DNA of 64,000 nucleotides from Mobula hypostoma. Its lineage: Eukaryota. The stretch covers positions 106,890,001-106,954,000 of the forward strand of contig NC_086108.1 in assembly GCF_963921235.1 (NCBI RefSeq), given 5' to 3'. A program made the position numbers and the translations under genes. Of this stretch, positions 60,095 to 64,000 are shown piece after piece. Numbering within the stretch: position 1 is the first letter of the stretch; every line of letters begins with the position of its first letter. A model generated the notes under the pieces. That model saw only the letters and a program-made list of their open reading frames with translations. It did not search any database and was not told where the DNA came from.

Positions 60095-60587
60095 ATAGTG
60101 TGCAAAGTCACAGGTACGTATATATATAACACAGCACAGTACTGTATTTGTCAATGTGGAGTTGAAAGTGAGTTTGTAATTCTGGTGGGAACAAAGGATG
60201 ATGGGAATGCCAAGGGTAGAACTCCGCGGGAGGGGTGTGGGACAGGCGGCAGAGAAAGAGCGCTGGGGCGGAGGCAGTGGCGCAGATGCAGACACACCCA
60301 GCTCTGAGGAAGTAGGCAAGGTCATTTGATTCGAAGCATTGGTTTGTTGATCATTACAGATTGTCTCTCTGGTGCTTCCTGCTCCCTCCCCTCTCCCTTT
60401 TCCATCTCACTGCCCCCTTCTCACTCTCAGTCCACAGTAGAGGCCCGTATCAAAATCAGGTTTATCATCACACATATATGTCATGGATTTTTTTTGTGGC
60501 AGCAGTATAGTGCAATATATAAAATTACCACAATACTGTGCAAAATATATATATATATATATATGCCTAAGACTTTTGCACAGTGTT
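60095..60587 (-). mobile_element. Second copy of the composite repeat bounded by tactgtgcaaaa...ttttgcacag units
   Basis: Reverse complement aligns by eye with 54170-54545. Confidence 0.6.
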
Positions 60588-60590
60588 GTA

Positions 60591-60883
60591 CGAGGGGTGA
60601 TTGATAAGTTCGTGGCCTAGGGTAGAAGGAGTCAATTTTAGAAAACCTAGCCCATTTTATTTTCAACATAGTCCCCTCCTACATTTAGTCCAGCGGTCGT
60701 GGAGCATACGGATCCCTTCTTTGTAGAAGTCGGCATCTTGGACCTCCAGGAAGTGGTCCACAGCAGGGGTGATTAATAAGTTCGTGGCCTAAGGTAGAAG
60801 GAGATCAGTTATTAACTTCAAACTTTCTGCATAATCACACAAAGAGATGAACTGCACGTGCATGTAACGAGAGCTGTATAACT
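60591..60883. mobile_element. Mariner-like terminal fragment
   Basis: TA followed by cgaggggtgattgataagttcgtggcct; the terminal about 40 bp recurs internally near 60765; no opposite TIR seen. Confidence 0.6.
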
Positions 60884-61334
60884 GCATGTCTGTTTCTCTG
60901 ATATTTTGCCAAAGAAGGAAGTAGACTAAGAAAATCCTACTGTTCTCCTATTAATTGGAAATAAAACCGGCCACTGCAATAATGGCGATCGCAATTTTTT
61001 TCTGTCCTTTCAGTCACATACCTGCATTCAGCATGCAAGAGTGAATCTCTGTGCCTTCAAGTGTAGGGTGTGTGTGTATCATTGAGCCTTTTTTCATCTG
61101 AAATTCCTCCTGTTTCTTTATGATCATGCCCTCTTGTGCATGTCTGTACAAGGCATCTGTTTTTCTCATTCAAGCTGATCAATACCTTCACCCATTAACC
61201 CACCCCACCACTCTCCCTATCACCACTACTTTACCACTTCCTGTCCATCATCTTAAGTACAGTCACTCCTGTGCCTAGCGTCACTTGATGGACAGACAAT
61301 CAATTTGTGTATATAAGCAAATCTTGTGTATTTC

Positions 61335-61710
61335 TTATGAAACCTATCGAATGTGGAAAGGCTTCAATAAAGTGGATGTGTAGATGATGTTTCCTATGGT
61401 GGGGGAGTCTAAGACCAGAGGACACAGACTCTGAGTAGGGGGACATCTATTTAGAACAGAGATGAAGAGGAATTTCCTTAGCTTGAGAGTGGTGAATCTG
61501 TGGAATTGATTGCCACAGACAGCTGTGGAGGACAAGTTAATGGGTATATTTAAGGCAGAGGTTGATGGATTCTTGATTAGTCAGGACATGAAGAGATATG
61601 GAGAGAAGGCAGGAAGTTGGGACTGAGAGGGAAAATTATTCAGCCATAATGAAATGGTGAAGCAGATTCGAAGGACCAAATAGACTAATTCTGCTCCTAT
61701 ATCTTTTGTA
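61335..61710 (+). mobile_element. CR1 3' end
   Basis: 'gaaacctatcgaatg...tttcctatggtgggggagtctaagaccagagg'...'ctgctcctatatct'. Confidence 0.7.
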
Positions 61711-61961
61711 TTTATTGTGTTATGTATTTACATTTATCGTGTTCCTTTATTGAGTTCTTTATGTCTATTGTGTTTTTTTATGCTGTATTGGATCAAGAGT
61801 AATATCGTTTTGTGCAAAAGATGACAAATTGTGCAAATACAAAAAGAAAAATAAATAATAATAATTTGGGTTTCAGCCTGAAACGTTGACTGCACTTTTT
61901 TCCATAGATGCTGCCTTGTCTGCTGAGATCCTCCAGCATTTTGAGTGTGTTGCTTGGATTT

Positions 61962-63075
61962 TGGTTAGACATTTTTTACAAAAATACTTATCTAAGTTTC
62001 CATATATGCAAGAATCTGATTTGTTGGATACTATTTTAAATATGAATCCTTTAGTGAGAGGTTCCATTGGTAGAATTTATAATTTATTTTTACTACAAAA
62101 ATTTTTACTACAAACCTCTCACTAAAGATTAAACAAGATTGGGAGAGAGAACTTAATATGACCTTTGCTAGTGAAGATTGGTTGCGAGTTTTCAAAATAA
62201 TTAATTCTTCTTCAATATGGGCCAATCGCTGTTTAATTCAATTTAAAATTGTTCACTGTTATTATTTAACAAAGGGAGACTATCCAAAATATTTCCTAAC
62301 ATACACAACTATTGTGATAGGTGTAAAACTGAAGTAGCCACTTCGTCACATATGTTCTGGTCATGTTCTTCATTAAAATCTTTTTGGAAATCTTTATTTT
62401 CTACAATTTCTAAAGCTCTGAAAATTAGTTTACAACCTAATGCACTAACTGTCTTATTTGGAATAGTTCCGCATCACATTCCGGGTATTTCATCTTCAGA
62501 CCAACATGTAATTGCATTTGTCACATTGTTGGCAAGAAGGGCTATTTTATTAAAATGGAAAGATACCTCTGACCATACATTAATTCAATAGTTTTCTCAA
62601 GTAATGTTATGTCTTAGCTTGGAAAAAATTAGAAGTAGAACTTTTGATCCTCGATTCGATTTTGAGAGAAAATGGGACTCTTTTGCCAAATATTATCATT
62701 TAATTGAATTAATTTATATGGTTTCCTTCCAATTTTATTTTATATAAATGTGAATTGGCAGTTGATGATTTTTTTTCTTTATATATATAGATGATTGTAA
62801 GACGTATTGCTCCGGGAGTTGATTCCTAATGGTTTTTTTCTCTCTCTTTTTCTCCTTTTTTTCTTTTTCTTTCTCTTGCAGTTACTGTTTTCTTTCCTTT
62901 AGTAGTTGGGGTTCTCTTTTTCCTTCTCTTCTTTATAAAAACTTGTTTTTCATTATCATATTATTCTTTTTTGATAAGTTTTTTTCAGCTTTATTAATTG
63001 TATATATATCAATTTGCTATAATCTTGTACCATTTTAAAGCTGTAGAAGATTATGTATCAGTAAAAAGATTTTAA
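61962..63075 (+). mobile_element. L1-clade 3' fragment (related to 38600-39330) inserted into a Penelope terminus
   Basis: CDRCK...HMFWSC Cys/His motif, ARRAILLKWKD; host 'gcttggattt' resumes as 'tccagcatttgcag' near 63090. Confidence 0.8.
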
Positions 63076-63117
63076 ACATGAAAACAATTTCCAGCATTTG
63101 CAGATTTTCTCTTGTTT

Positions 63118-63118
<1 letters not shown>

Positions 63119-63152
<34 letters not shown>
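63119..63152. repeat. (AAT)n microsatellite
   Basis: Direct reading. Confidence 0.9.
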
Positions 63153-63153
<1 letters not shown>

Positions 63154-63709
63154 TATAAGTAGTAATTAAGCCTGAGAACATGAGTTGTAGAGTCCTTGAA
63201 AGTGAGTTAATAGGTTATGGAAACAATGCTTGTGTGTGTTTGTTTCTGTTCACTTTCCCCAAGCGGTAAGGCAGATCAACCCCTCCACACCCCCAACCAC
63301 CACTACTTTATCATTTTCTGTCACTCTCACTCCTATGTCTAGTGTCACTTTATGGATGTACAATCAATCTATGTGTATAAGCTATCTCATGTATTAATAT
63401 ATTTTTGTATTTTTAAATTATTATTGTGTTCTTTATCTTATTGTATTTTTTGTGCTGTGTCGGTGCTTTGGATTGTCTAGAAGTTGTGAAAGATGTTTTA
63501 CAAAACAGTTACTTCCCCCGTGCAGTAAAACTGATCAACACCTCCACTTATTAAGCCACTCAATCATTCTCCCCACCACCACCACCATTTTATCATTTCC
63601 TTCAGAACTCCAGTATTTTTTTTTGTGCTGCATCAATCTATAGTAACAATTATTTTGTTCTCCTTTACACTTGTCTACTGGAACTGGCATTAAACGATCT
63701 TGAATTTTG

Positions 63710-63930
63710 TATCCTACTATCATACTACAGCCAAAGGCAATACTGACGTGGATAGTAATGTTGAATTTCATCGCTGAAAAGCGACTCCCGAGGTATGTGA
63801 AACATTCCACAAGTTTTAGCCTCTGACATGGACCATTGACGTTGGGGGTAATGTGCAGTAATGGCAGGATGGTGAAAAACCAGAGTAAGGCCTTTTCATT
63901 TGTAAGCTTCAGTGAACGAGTCAAGACTCA
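63710..63930 (-). mobile_element. Ancient RTE-like RT C-terminal remnant
   Basis: LKLVECFTYLGS...SIAFG resembles the RTE L..V..F.YLGS...AS.AFG motif. Confidence 0.45.
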
Positions 63931-64000
63931 TTTGATTTTGTCACGATCCGGTCTATTGACTCCTCATTTTCTTTTAATTCCCTTTTTCCCATGTTCTACC

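Noticed and set aside
61022..61097. Minus-strand coding exon MKKGSMIHTHP... joined to 50450
   Set aside because: Weak acceptor, and the splice phase gives an almost immediate stop in the downstream exon
63939..64000. Possible LTR start tgtcacgatcc
   Set aside because: Cut by the window edge; too little sequence to call

Overview
Eukaryotic, repeat-saturated, almost entirely non-genic DNA. The repeat mix (CR1 and Rex1/Babar LINE fragments, Penelope-like termini, tRNA-derived and Deu-domain SINEs) suggests a cartilaginous fish, probably a ray; this is an inference from repeat families only. No host protein-coding gene, rRNA, true tRNA gene or CRISPR array is recognisable, and nearly all long ORFs are retroelement RT/endonuclease remnants or repeat artefacts. 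Largest elements: a 5'-truncated Rex1/Babar copy (10994-12852) with an inverted sister copy (17331-18096), a fold-back Penelope-like insertion carrying minimal hammerhead ribozymes (22477-23918), an RTE copy lacking almost all of its RT (30505-32122), a degenerate two-ORF L1-clade element (35335-39330), a young CR1 (51824-54148), Tc1/mariner and hAT-like derivatives, and a 39-bp minisatellite that arose inside a CR1 3' end. A few TE-free islands contain enhancer-like or exon-like sequence; the best is a minus-strand terminal-exon candidate at 50322-50450. I found no clear novel multi-gene system; the most unusual items are retroelement and ribozyme architectures and composite non-autonomous elements. 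Family names were assigned by eye, without a database search, and boundaries of old fragments are approximate.
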